Source: the human T2T-CHM13v2.0 reference genome, Homo sapiens. From it: a stretch of 64,000 bases of DNA. Of this stretch, positions 20,233-40,910 are shown piece by piece. A model generated the notes under the pieces. The model worked only from the letters and a program-made list of their open reading frames with translations. It made no database searches and was not told the origin of the DNA. A program made the translations under genes and the position numbers. Location of the stretch: NCBI RefSeq assembly GCF_009914755.1, contig NC_060934.1; one strand, 5' to 3'. Positions within the stretch are counted from its first letter, which is position 1. Each line of letters starts with the position of its first letter.

Positions 20233-20862
20233 GAATTTTATCATGAAAATGATCACAATGGAGATGATTGTGTGCTGGTGTAAAATCTGTTTTCCTGCTA
20301 GAGAGAAAGCATGGACTAGTTGAGGGCATGGAAAAGAATTGGTGGTGACCGGATTCAGGCTCAGATCCCTGGCTCCTCCTCTTTGGGTCAGATTCTCAAG
20401 AGACAGGATCATAAGAGCCTCTCCACTGGTTCTCAGATTCTCTGTGCATAACATACCCTTGGGCGGCTCAATGTATGTTTCCAGATTCCCGCTGCATGGT
20501 CTGACTCAGTGTGTCTGTTGGGAACATGGCAGCTTAATTTTAAAATTACTATTCTGATTATGATAGCACCACTGTAAATTTAAAGGGATTCTGGAGCAGC
20601 TGTGACCGTAGCAGCAGATGTAGTGAGGCTGGGGCTTAGCCCTACCATCCAATGGGCCAGGCTACCCTTCAGGAAAGACAAGCATAGACCTAAGGCCGCT
20701 CTAGGCCAAATGTCTCTCTTTCTCTGAGGACAAGATAAAAGCTCCTTGAAACTCATATCACCACCAAGAAGGTGCGAATAAGGGGGAAAGTGAGCCTTAA
20801 AGTAACCAAGAATTTACTCAAAAGAGGAGAAGACGATTCAGAGGTTAGTGAGTTTACCCTGA

Positions 20863-21378
<516 letters not shown>

Positions 21379-21799
21379 TAATCAGGACAATTCTGTGTCT
21401 ATTGCCTTGGGAGGTGTGCGTATGGGGGCAGGTGGGTAGAACATGACTCAAAGCAGAAGTAAGTTTCTTTGGCTTTATTCTTCCCAAAGCCTATGTCCTT
21501 ATGGGAATGGTGAGGAGGCCTGGCCATCTTGAGGCAACAGGCTGCCCCACCTCCATCCCTGCTGTGCCTACTGAGTCCAAAAGCTGAAGAACTTGGAGTC
21601 CAGTGTTTGAAGGCAGGAAGCATCCAGCATGGGAGAAAGATGGAGGCCGGAAGACTCAGCCCACGCTGATGGAGGCTGGAAGACTCAGCCCTGAATGAGA
21701 GGAAAGAGCAGAGGGTGGGCAAGTGAGAAATAAAGCAAGATGGAAGCACTGGAGAGAGGAGCTGTAGCCATATCAGACCAACCTTGTTCAGTTTTTAGT

Positions 21800-22200
21800 G
21801 AACAAAGTTACGAGTTGTTTTTCAGTTGCCGTGGACCCCCAGATTGAAGTTCAAGTAACGTGAGCATGCCCAGGTGAACCAATCGTGCAACCACGGGTGG
21901 AACCTAAGTGCTCAGACTGAGCAGTGGGGACTGAATTAAGGAGCGAACACTGCAGGCAGGATCCAGGATCCAATCAGATTGGACCCTGGTGCCACCCCAT
22001 GGCAGGATTCAGTCAGATCATGCCTCCCAGTATCATCTCATCGCAAGATCCAATCACATCATGCCTCATTACCCTATGCTTATAAAACCCATTGCAGCCC
22101 CCAGCTCACGGAGACAGAGCAGAGAGCTTCCTCCTCTCTCCTTGTCAGTTGACTCACAATACATCTTTCTCACTGCGAAAATCCAGTGCTTCAGCGTTAT
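21800..22200 (+). mobile_element. ERVL-type LTR (LTR18/LTR47-like)
   Basis: GCATGCCCAG..GAACC..GGAACCTAAGTGCTC..GGGGACTGAATTAAG motif and a TATAAAA box; the subfamily is uncertain. Confidence 0.5.
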
Positions 22201-23195
22201 ATTTGTTAAGGTGGATTTTATGACCCAGAATATGATCTGTCTTGATGAATGTTCCATGTGAGCTTGAGAAGATTGTGTATTTTGCTGTTGTTGAAAGGAT
22301 TATTAATAAATGTCAATTAGATTCTGTTGATTGATGGTGCTGTTCAGTTCCACTGTGTTCTTACTGATTTTCTGCCTGCTAGACCTATTTTTTATACCGG
22401 GGTGTTGAAGTCTTCAACTATAATCGGGAATTCATCTATTTTTCCTTGCAGTCCTTTCAGTTTTTGCCTCACATATTTTGATGCTCTGTTATTAGGCACA
22501 TATACATTAAAAATTGTTATGTCTTCTTGGAGAATTGACCCCTTTATCATTTGTAATGCCCCTCTTTATTCCTGATAATTTTCTTTGCTCTGAAGTCTGC
22601 TTTGTCTGAAATTAATACAAATACTCCAGCTTCCTTTTGATTAGTGTTAGCACATAATATTGATTAGTAACTTTCTTCATCCTTTTACTTCAAAATTTTT
22701 TATTTTGGCATAATATACACAATGAAATTTACCATTTTAACTATTTTAATGTGTACAGTTTAGTGGTCTTAGGAATATTCATAGTGTTTGCCAAGTATCA
22801 CCACTGTCCATTCCCAGAACTTGGAAACAAGAACTCTGAACTCACTGAACTGTAACTCCCAATTTCCCTCTCCTCCATCTCCAGCCCCTGGTAGCCTCTA
22901 TGTTACATTCTTTCCCTATAAATTTCCTATTCTAGCTACCTCATGTAAGTAGAATCATGCAATATTTGTCCTTTTGTCTTTGGCTTATTTCACTTACAAT
23001 AATGTTTTTAAGGTTTATCTATGTTATAGCATAAATCAGGATTTTTTCCCATTTTTAAGGTTGAATAACATTCCATTGCATGTATACCGTGTATTGTTCA
23101 TCCATTCATCTGTTGATGGACATTTGAGTTGTTTCTACCTTTTGGCTATTGTGAATAATGCTGCTATGAACATTGGTATACAAGTATCTGCTTAG

Positions 23196-24829
<1,634 letters not shown>

Positions 24830-25129
24830 TAGACCATTCACATTTAAAGTGATTATTTTTATAGTGGGTTTAATATCTACTGTATTCATAAGTATTTTGT
24901 ATTGATTGCCTCATTGTCCTTGCTGTTGTTTTTTTTCCACTCTTTTTTCTGCATTATCTGGTTTTAATTGAGCATCTTATATGATTTAATTATCTTCCCT
25001 CTCTTAGCTTATCAATTATATTTCTTCTTTAACCTTTTTAATTGGTTGCCCTAGAATTTGCAATATACATTTACAACTAATCTAGTTTTACTTGGAAATA
25101 ACATTGAACAACTTCGCAGGTAGTGCAAG

Positions 25130-25803
<674 letters not shown>

Positions 25804-26320
25804 CTTTATAGCAGAGTACTCCCAGTTCCTCCCTCTTGTCCGTTATATGATTGCTGTCATTAATTTCACTTATCTATAAGCTATAATCACCAAATACATT
25901 ATTACTATTATTATTTTGAACAAACTGCTATCTGTTAGATCAATTAAGAATAAGAAAAATAAAAGATTTTATTTACCTTCATTCATTCTTTCTCCATCCT
26001 TTCTTTATGTAGATTTGAGCTTCTGACCAACATTGTTTTCCTTCTCTCTGAAAAACTTCTTTTAATATTTCTTGCAAGGCAGTTCTATTGGAGACAGATT
26101 TCCTCAGTATTTTTCTGGGAGTGTCTTTATTTCTCCTTCACTTCTGAAAGATAATTTCACCGGGTACAATACTCTAGATTGATTATTTTTCTTCCAACAC
26201 TTTAAATATCTCACTCCACTTTATTCTTGCTTGCATTCGTTTCAAAAAGAAGCCCATTATACTTTTTAATCCTAGTTCCTCTGTAGGTACGGTGTTTTTT
26301 TCTTTCGTCTGGCTTCTTTC

Positions 26321-28931
<2,611 letters not shown>

Positions 28932-29350
28932 TGTCTTTGATTTTCTAGATGTACATTTCTTTGGTATTTATCATGCTTGGTGTATTTATCCTCCTCTGAG
29001 CTTCCTGGTTTTGTGGTTTGGTATCTGTCATTAATTTTGGAAAATTTTCATCCATTATTACTTCAAATATTTTTTTCTGTCTCTTTCTCTTTTTTTCTGT
29101 GTGGTATTCCCATTACATGTTTGTTGCATACATGAGTTTCATTTTTTATTTTTGTTTTTAACTTTATGTGTACATATTTAATTAAAATAGAATAGGCATA
29201 AATCAAAAACAAGAAAATAATCAGGATAAAGTGTCCTGTCATTTAGTTTGCAAGGAGGAATCAGGAAGTGCAACAAATTACTAGAAAAATATTCTAAAAC
29301 CATCTGAAGTGGCTAGGTTACATAATCTTCAGAGTCAAATGCCAAAGTTA

Positions 29351-29745
<395 letters not shown>

Positions 29746-29998
29746 CTACTGGCAACTTTCAGAAGAAAGAAGTTTCCATTATGCATTGACTAGAAAATCT
29801 CAAATACAACTAAGCAGCTATGCTATGCTATAGCTCGTTAAGTATCATTAAACTGCTCTGGGCTAGTGTACATTTCAGATTAATAGAGAACCACATTTTG
29901 CGTTTTAGAAAGGCAGCAGTAATTCTATTTCAGCTTTTAGTCTGGATGCTTAACACAGTTAAGGCGACAGTTCAAGCACATTAAGTGAAGGTAGTTAA

Positions 29999-30716
<718 letters not shown>

Positions 30717-31422
30717 CGAAACCAGTGTTCTTAATTGGCATTTTATACACACATACACAGAATTAAAAAAAAAAAAAACTATCAAGGGCAATCATTCTAA
30801 GTGTACTGTGGTAGAATGTGTTAAAAATGCAAACATCCCATAGAACTAAAGTAACATGAACAGCACTTCTCATGGCCTAGGAGAAAGGTGACTGGTTCTC
30901 ACACAAAGCTAAGCCTGTATCAGTCATTCTAATCACAATGGCTTATGAAAGTATCAGGTTTCCGGAAAAGCAACTATTCCAGGAAAGTCAGTAAATCTCT
31001 TGAAAGTTTCACCTCTATAAAACCAGGATAAGGCTACAGCTCTCTTGAAATCTGAACAGGGTATCAGATGAAACAGTAAGATTCCCAGCCATAATGTGAG
31101 ATGGAAAGATCCTCATGCAGCGTATGCTCAATTGCTGGCCCCAGAAAGCCTCACGTGCAGAATACAGAAGTTGCCAAAGAAGGAAACGGAGACGTTCAGC
31201 TACATTTCCGTCGTGTGATGAATTTTAAACCCTCAGGAATGGTGTGGTCTATTAGGCTTTTCATCATGCTTGGTGTCATCCACTTAATCTGTTCAAAGAT
31301 AAAAGAAGACATGATTGTAATAGTAACTCGAGTCCCAGATGTTGACAGTATGTCTGCAATTTGAGAGTCCTTCAGTCCAGTGACCTTCTGTCTGTTGATT
31401 TCACAGATGTTGTGTTCTGTGA

Positions 31423-31772
<350 letters not shown>

Positions 31773-32392
31773 CTATTTTTCCATTTTAAATGATAAAACC
31801 AACATGTCCAGTGCTATCCTTATGCATGGTAATTGTCCATTCAAAGGGCCTGTCATGAATGGACATAGAAATCTTCTCTTGAAAAGCCTGTTTGAGCACC
31901 TTGTGCACTTTATCTGAGCTCCAGCCTGCACAGTTTTCACCATTGATTTGGAGTACTTGGTTCCCAAATCTCAGACCAACCAATAAGGTTGGAGAGTTAT
32001 CCTTGACTTGCTGAACACATATACCATTATCTATTGATTTAAGCCAGAGTTCAATTTTTCCATCTTGGTCCTTATGGCTTCACGAATTTTCCATCTTGAT
32101 CCAATGGCTTCATGAATCCCTTGCTTAATTTCTGCTCTACAAATTCCAACATCATTACCAGTTATAGGAGCCATTGTATAGTTCGTACTGGAAGGTCTTG
32201 CTACCAACTGGCCCTGAATTGGCGCACCAGAAACCATGGTCATATTTGCATGTGTTTCTTCTTTATTTAAACTCAGGCCTATGTGTTGAGAGAGCTCTGG
32301 ATATAGTTTGGAATAGAGGTTTCCATCTTGAGAGATGTGAACAGAAGCTTCTGACAAAATTGCTGGGTTGGCAGGGTTTGCAGCAAAAGCAG

Positions 32393-32751
32393 TGTATTAA
32401 TCTGTTCTCACACTGTTAATAAAGACATACCTGAGACTTGGTAATTTATAAAGGAAAGAGATTTAATTGACTCACAGTTCCACATGGCTGGAGAGGCCTC
32501 ACAGTCATGGTGGAAGGCAAAGGAGGAGCAAAGTCATGTCTTATATGGCAGCAGGCAAGAGAGCGTGTGCAGGGAAACTCTCCTTTATAAATCCATCAGA
32601 TCTCGTGAGACTTATTCGCTATCACAAGAACAGCATGGGAAAGACCCGCCCTCATGATTCAATTACCTCCCACCGGGTCCCTCCCATGACACATGGGAAT
32701 TACGGGAGCTACAATTTGAGATATGGGTGGGGACATAGCCAAACCATATCA
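32393..32751 (-). mobile_element. THE1C-like solo LTR inside the SDCBP pseudogene CDS
   Basis: TGTATTAATCTGTTCTCACACTG...GCCAAACCATATCA with a perfect 5-bp TSD AGCAG. Confidence 0.92.
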
Positions 32752-33343
32752 AGCAGTTTGAGCCTGAATTATTTAGTCTACCTTCAAATCTTTGAGAGAT
32801 GGAGAGAGATATTTTTGCAGGATTCTTCTAGACCACAAGGACCCACTTGCCATCACTGCCTCCAGTCATTCTGCATAAGTAAGTTTTAGATTTCAAGCCT
32901 CTCCTTTTGATTCTTTCTTAGAGTTTCCATCTCTCTGCCTCCATTTCCCATCTGCTCTTGGATGTTGTCCAACTTTTCCATTAGAGCCTTTAGCATATTA
33001 ATCAGTTATTTTACATTTCTGGTCTGATAATCCCCACATCTCTGCCATACCTAGGTTTGTGTATGATGTTTGATTTGTTTCTTCAGAAGGTGTTTTTTTT
33101 TTGTTTTTTTTTTTTATCATGCCTTGTAATTTTCTGTTGAAAGTCAGATATGATGTATTGGGTAAAAGGAAATGACATAGATTGATCTCTAGTGTGTTTA
33201 TCTGGCTAGGAGTGAGGCTGTGTTCACTGTTTGCTGTAGCTGTAGTGTCACAGATTAAAATTTTCTTGAACACTTTTGTTTTTGTCTCCTGTGATGTCTT
33301 GGGTTTTCCTAGAGACTCCTTGAATAGGGTCTTAGGCTTGTAG

Positions 33344-33713
<370 letters not shown>

Positions 33714-34486
33714 TGAGGTGTGGGGGTTAGGGAAGCATTCTTTACTTTTCTGATCAAGTCTTAGTCTTTTAGTGAGCCTGAGTTGGGTGTTTCTCTTCCC
33801 CCAGGCCAGCTGGGCCTTGGTAAAACCCCAGTAGGTTAGACTCTGGCAAAGTAGTTTCCCTTGAGGGCAGAACTTGTTAAAGAGAACAGAGAGCTCTGGG
33901 TGTATTTCAGAACAGTTACTTTCCCCCTCCTCTGCTGGAAGTTAGAGGGTACTTTTCTCTGATCTTCACAATGGAGACCTGGTGGAATTCCCCAAGGCAA
34001 AACTCACACAAGCGTGGGCACCTCCCTAAGACTGGGTCCCTTTAGAGCTTTCAATTCTCAAGCTAGTTTACACTGAGCCTCCAGCAACTAGTTGATGACA
34101 GTTTCACACACTACAACAGATATTGGCTCCAGCTGTGAGTTTCTGCTCCCAGGAAGCTGTCATTCTTTGTATTTTTCTGTCTCTCCAGTTTTGGGGACAG
34201 AGATTGGCTCTGTGACCTCAATTCTCTGATGGATCAAAAAGTTGATGATCTTTAGTTTGTTCAGCTTTTTTTCTTGTTGCAAGAATGGGAGAGATGACTT
34301 CCAAGTTCTTTACTGGAAGTTGGCATTTTCTTTTTTTTCTTTTCTTTTCTTTTTTTTTTTAAGTAAATGTAAGTTTGTAGACTGAGATGTGTACCCACTA
34401 TAGACTGATCTCTACAAATATTGTTGGAAACTTCTCAGTAGCCATTCAATTCAAAAAAAGGACTCTCAGACCTAGTTTAGAGGAAT

Positions 34487-35107
34487 GTTACCGGAAAGGG
34501 GTCCCAATCCAGACACCAAGAGAGGGTTCTTGGATCTCACTCAAGAAAGAATTTGAGGCAAATCCATAGAATAAAGTGAAAGCAAGTTTATTAAGAAAGT
34601 GAAGTAATAAAAGAGTGGCTACTCCATAGGCAGAGCAGCGGTGTGGGCTGCTCAGTTGCTTACACTTATTGTGACTTCTGGATTATATGCTAAACAAGGG
34701 GTGGATTATTCATGAGTTTTCTAGGAAAGAGGTGGGCAATTCTCGGAACAGAGGGTTCCTCCCCTTTTTAGACCATATAGGGTAACTTCCTGATGTCATG
34801 ACATTTGTAAACTGTCGTGGTGCTGGTGGGAGTGTCTCTTAGCATGCTAATGCATGATAATTAGCATGTAATGAGCAGTGAGGATGACCAGAGGTCACTT
34901 TCTTCGCCATCTTGGTTTTGGTGGGCTTTGGCTGGCTTCTTTACTGCATCCTGTTTTATCAGCAAGGTCTTCATGACCTGTATCTTGTGCCGACTTCCTA
35001 TGACCTAGAATGCCTAACTTCCTGGGAATGCAGCCCAGTAGGTTTCAGCCTCATTTTACCCAGCCCCTATTCAAGATGGAATTGTTCTGGTTTGAACATC
35101 TCTGACA
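34487..35107 (-). mobile_element. MER41B-like solo LTR (ERV1)
   Basis: Reverse complement starts TGTCAGAGATGTTCAAACCAGAACAATTCCATCTTGAATAGGGGCTGGGTAAAATGAGGC and ends ...CCCCTTTCCGGTAACA. About 620 bp, with 4-bp TSD GGAA. Confidence 0.88.
34719..34748. promoter_or_regulatory. Tandem STAT GAS motifs in MER41 (TTCTAGGAA, TTCTCGGAA)
   Basis: Both fit TTCNNNGAA at the position of the known MER41B tandem GAS sites. Confidence 0.6.
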
Positions 35108-36499
35108 GGAACCCAAGGTAAAGGGATAATTAAAGCTTGGACCTCACCTGTGTATGACCAACCATGCTGTAGGGAAAACAGCAGCACAATCTTGAGGTAG
35201 AATCTGGGTCTCCTAACACCAACCAGGCTTGCCTGGGCGTAACCAGGAAGTGGAATATTTTAGTGCCTGTGACATTCCTTTGTGTCCCAGTGGAGCATAA
35301 ACAGATTCAGTGTTTGGCTAAGTGCTGGAAGAGCAGCCCAGGGTCCCCCGGCCCCTGCTATGCATCTGCCTTGATTGATGTGCACAGTGGAAGTGGCTTT
35401 CATAGGAGAAGCAATTGTGTGTAGGTTCCTGGGAGAAAAGGGAACATGCCACTTGTTCCCTGGTTAGGACACAGGGATGATGCTTGAACCCTAGGGAGAG
35501 AGTAGGCAAAAGATAAAAAGGCCACATCCGTGAGCACTTTGTGTGGCCCAAGAGCAGGAGCAGGGCTGCTTCAGAGCCCAGGTAACAAAGTGCAGATGAG
35601 AATCAGGAGAGAGGTGCCAGTGAGGTGTCCTTCTTTTTTTTTTTGTAGGCATCCTGTGGTCGTGGCACAGGTAGGGACAGGTAAGGAAGCACCGTTGGAG
35701 GGAAGCAAGACGTTTACTGCTGTAGGAGCAAGATGTCCCCATGAGGGGTACGTGGAGGACGTTTCTGAGCTCCTGTGGGAACTGTCTCAGGAATGTTTGC
35801 ATTTGAGCTGGAAGCTTCTTGTCATGGATGAATTACAGCTCCTTGATGATGACCCTGTGGAGGGTGTGTCAAGTGATCGAGGATACTTTTGAGTAGGCTG
35901 ACCTTTCCTTCTCTCCATATCCCAGAAGGGTCCTCTTTCCTATCTGTGGGTATTTCTACCTCTGCTCCACACATCTCTAGTCTTGTATAACACCTTGGCT
36001 TACAGGTGTTCCTAAAGACCCGTCTCTCTTCTGCTGATGACTTCCTGGGGGTATCAGTCTGTTCATCTGTCAAGAATGTGGATGAACAAACATATACATT
36101 ACACTTCCAGACTGAAGAGGCTCTTAATAATTGGGCTGGAACCATAAGTCACTATGTTCTATTTAGGTATGGAACTTACCAGAACAGAAAGAAGGGGGGA
36201 GGAAGGAGACTTCTTGGCTAGCAGTCTGTTTATCTTATAAATCAGTCTGATCTCTTGAGCAAAAGTTAAAGGGAAAAAGTGGAGGAGACACTGTGACCTG
36301 GCCTAGGAAGTCTAGGTTTAAGCCAAGCCAAACACACTTCTCCTCTGTCTCAGCTCTGTGAGCTGTGAGTTCTGCTTCTCCTAGGGTAACCTCGGATTAC
36401 CCTAGGTTACCTTGGCCAATGCCCGTGGAAACTGGCTCAAGAAAGGGAAGTAGGAGAATGGCAGAGTCCAGAGTCCACTTATTCTATGGTTCAGGGCAC

Positions 36500-36791
36500 T
36501 TTTTTTTTTTTTTCTTTTTTTGAGACAAGGTCTTGCTCTTTGCCCAGGAATTCAGTGGTGTGATCATAGCTCATTACAGCCTTCTACTCCTGGGGTCAAG
36601 AGATCCTCTCATCTCAGCCTCCCTAGTAGCGAGGACTATAGGCACACTTCCTGGATAATTTTTAAATATTTTTCAGAGATGGGGTCTTGCTATGTTGCCC
36701 TGGCTAGTGTTGAACTTCTGGCCTCAAGCAATCCTCCTGCCTCGGCCTCCCAAAATGTTGGGATTACAGGTGTGAGCCACTGCACTTGGCC
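36500..36791 (-). mobile_element. AluJ with diverged TSD
   Basis: TSD TGGTTCAGGGCACTTT / TTGTTCAGTGCATTTT. Confidence 0.85.
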
Positions 36792-38090
36792 TTGTTCAGT
36801 GCATTTTCAGGGCATCCTGAAAGGCCAGGCCTGGATCTTGGGCAGCTGTTCAGGAGCATTCCAGCTGTGAATGGTCCTGAATGTCTTCCTGGCCTTCCAG
36901 ATGGATCTCTAACGCACCCCAACGCAGGTGCTCCCTGAAGACATACCGGATCTGTTGGTGCGGAAAAAGAATGCAGCATTTGGTGGCTTATAGTGCTGTG
37001 CCAACTATTGCTTAGGTAATTTATATGACATCTTATTTTCTCCACCTGATTCTAAGCTCCTTGAGGACACGTCTGGTTCATCTCTGTTGGCTGCATAGCC
37101 TAAAACCCATGCTGGTGCATCCTGATTTCATTTCCTTCTCGGATGTAATGAAAGCACTCAAATGATATTGATTGCCTCCTCTTTAGGTTGACAAATAAAA
37201 CCTTTAAATTCTGTTTTTCCTGGTGTTTCCTTTGTAGGATTGGAAACGATGGTCTTGATAGCGCTGTGGTTAGCAAAGCATTAATGGCTCACTCTCCTAG
37301 GGGAGACACGTCAGTTGATACCATGCACTCTGCATGCAATTTTCAGAAATGGTGTTTGCTTTTTTCAACGTTGGTTGTGTTGCTGCTCTAGACGAACCAG
37401 CTTCTATTCCTGTCTTTACTCAGAGGTAGGTAGGATTCTTCCCCAGGCACCTACAGACCTGACTAGGATTTACAGGCAGGGGTGAGTCAGCTGACCCAGG
37501 AGGGTGGCATCCCATAGTTAGGACAGAGAGAGACTCACTGGCACGTGCTGGGTCCCTGCGTTGTCCTAACGTGCCTCCTTGCAGGTAGCATGGCTGAGTC
37601 AGTGTGCCGTGAGTCACAGGCTGCGGGAGGTGAACTTGAGCCTCACTCCGGCATTGATCTTTCGCAGGGATATATTGTTAGTTCCCGTCTGTTAAGACCG
37701 ATAAAGGGTAATAATTTACTGGCCTCAAGTTTGTCTTCTCTTTGATTTCACCAAATCTTCTCCTTATACAGGAATTGCTTGACCTTGACTTTTCAGGAAT
37801 TTACCCAATTTTATACTCTTGGCGTCTCCTGGGCTTAGAACCCCTTACCTCCAACCTTGCTCCCTGGCTAACTTCTACCCTTCCTTCAAAGCTCAGCAGA
37901 GATGGCACCCCCTTTCTGAAACAGTCCCCAGTTCCTGGGAAGAGTGAAGGCCTGAAGCTGTGTTGAGGGTGGCACTTAGCCCCTGGTTTGGAGCTCCATG
38001 TTTCCTTCACTGTCTGCTGAACATTTTAAGGCGTCGATTTGGACTTTCCTAGGCTTGCATTCCCAGAGCCTAGTGCAGTGCCTGTTCAGA

Positions 38091-38125
<35 letters not shown>

Positions 38126-39600
38126 TGAAGAGGGAGGAATGTTAAGCCTCACCAAGTCTGATTATGCTAAGATCACTTAAATTTTTTCTGCCTTTTCAGA
38201 ATACCCATTGTAGTTAGGGTTAGTACCCATGGTTTGGCACTTACTGGTTCTGTGGTTGTTGGGTGCCTTGTTTGTCTCTTCGGGCGGGATGCGAGTCACT
38301 CCAGGGCAGCATCTGTTCCTCATATTCCTCTCACATTCTTTAAAGCCTCCCTGTGTGCACTCAAGCCACACAATGAACCTTCCTGCCTTTGCCCACAAGG
38401 CTGAGAACTCTTCAAAGTGAGACTGTGTCTTACGCATTTTCACTTCCTCCATCATTTGACACAGGACCTGGCACGTAACAGATGTTTAATAAATACTTGT
38501 ATTTATTGAATAGGAATAGGTAGTAGATTCTAGAGACATAGTGAGCTCAGCTCAAGTTCAGTTGCATCAGGGAAGGCTCCCCCATGCCCCCGGCAGCTCC
38601 CTCTCTCTGTGCCTATGCAACCTTTAGCAGCATGAGCTGCCTTGAAAAGTCAAAGCCAGCTTTTCCAGAAAGCAACTCAGCAACTCTCTCCTGGGGCCAG
38701 AACTGCTCCGAAACGGGAACAGCTGTGTATATTCTTTGATCGTTAGCAGGAAACGATGTGTCGTGTCTCAAAGCACCTTTTCATGCTGCTTTCTTATTAG
38801 CTCCACCCAGAAGCCCTGGCCTTAGCAAAGCCAGTCTCGCGAGGCACCGTGGAAGTCCAGAGTTGAGTGCAGCTGGGTTTGATTCATTCCTGGGCTTGAT
38901 TTCTGGAATCCTCCTAGATTCCTTCCTGGGTTTGAGTTCTGGAAGCCTTGGTTTCTTGAGGCGATTATGCTGTAGGTACTAGAGAGAAGCTACTGCCTTT
39001 GAGAGAAGGGTAATTACGCAGGATTTGAAAGGAGACAGGAAGCTGTGGGTGCCAGAAATAGAGGAATCTTGTTCTTTTATTTTTGGCAACATCCAGCAAG
39101 GTGGGAGGACACCTGAGGGGAGTGCCTTTCTGGTGCACCATGGAGGCTGGTCCGTAACAGTGGAAGCTGCCATCTTGCAGAAGATTCCTCTGCCCAAGCT
39201 TGGCATGGCCAGACTTCGTGGGCCATGTGAACATGAGATGATATCTTGCTCTGTGTGCCTTCCTATAATTTGGGGGGAGATGTTGACTAGGAGGAGGCAT
39301 CCACCATTGGGCTTTTCATTATCTCAATGGAATGGTGACTTGGAATTGACTTTGACTCAAGGAAATAAAGTAAGATGAGGATTTACACATACCTAGATTA
39401 GGAAACTAACCTTTATACCTAGTACATATGTACACCTGTAAGGCATCTGGTACAGTCCCTGGGTGCTTCAGGGACTTCGTAAAGGTGCATTTCCTTCACC
39501 CTTACTTATAAATAATGGTCGATGCATATTCTTAGATCATTTGAGATACATCCTTAAAAACTGTTGAGCATTGATCAAAATTTGTTTTGGAAATAAACTT

Positions 39601-39802
39601 GTTTTTAGTGCCCCAGAGAAGCACATTGTTTCCTAAAGTGAAGAATCCTCATTGAAGATGAATTGTGCTAATCTGGATTTTCAGGTTTTTTACTTACTGC
39701 AATAACAGATAGATTGAGGAAAGTACCCTTTTATTTTCTCTGGAAAGCACTGATGGATGTAACTGATGACAACTTGACCCAGTAGGGCAGTTCGTCTGCC
39801 CT
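39601..39802 (+). repeat. Local ~200-bp direct duplication, copy 1 (copy 2 at 42211-42422)
   Basis: Shared non-TE sequence, for example TTTTCTCTGGAAAGCACT.ATGGATGTAACTGATGACAACTTGACCCAG.AGGGCAGTT. Confidence 0.9.
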
Positions 39803-40126
39803 CAAGAGCAGCTCAGCTCAAAGGGCGGTGTGGGGATCGCCAAGTGTGATGGAGGCAAGTCCCAGGTGAAAGGGAGCTCTAATTCATCAGGATTCCTCTA
39901 TCTTTATAAGAGAAGCTAATTTCAAATCACTTCCTTCGTTATGACTAAATTTCAGGAAATGAGGATCACATTATTCCAGTGCAGAGAACTGGGCTGAGAG
40001 TCACATGCTTTATTATCTGCTCTGATTAATGACTAACCAACCTCGTAAGTTCCCCACCACACAGGTTAGTGACTGGATGATCATTTTGCTTTATCCACTT
40101 CCTAACAGGAGGAAACAGAGAAGTGA

Positions 40127-40803
<677 letters not shown>

Positions 40804-40861
40804 CATACTTGTGGTTTTTCTATACCTATCTTCCTTTCTGGTGGGAGCCCAAAATAAAAAT

Positions 40862-40870
40862 ATGTGTGTG

Positions 40871-40910
<40 letters not shown>

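Noticed and set aside
21641-21692. 29-bp tandem duplication TGGAGGC.GGAAGACTCAGCCC
   Set aside because: It looks like ordinary slippage at the edge of an LTR fragment.
35649-35680. Plus-strand mini-exon (polyT-GTAG...CAG|GTAAGG)
   Set aside because: It is isolated, has no plus-strand partner exons, and overlaps the minus-strand relic.
37849-37934. Strong minus-strand AG...GTAAGG exon candidate
   Set aside because: The sequence looks LINE-2-derived and is not needed for the phase chain, so I excluded it from the gene model. It could be a cryptic lncRNA exon.
39025-39378. Overlapping 75-117 aa ORFs in unique sequence
   Set aside because: I found no convincing splice boundaries or recognisable homology, and they lie in a predicted intron.
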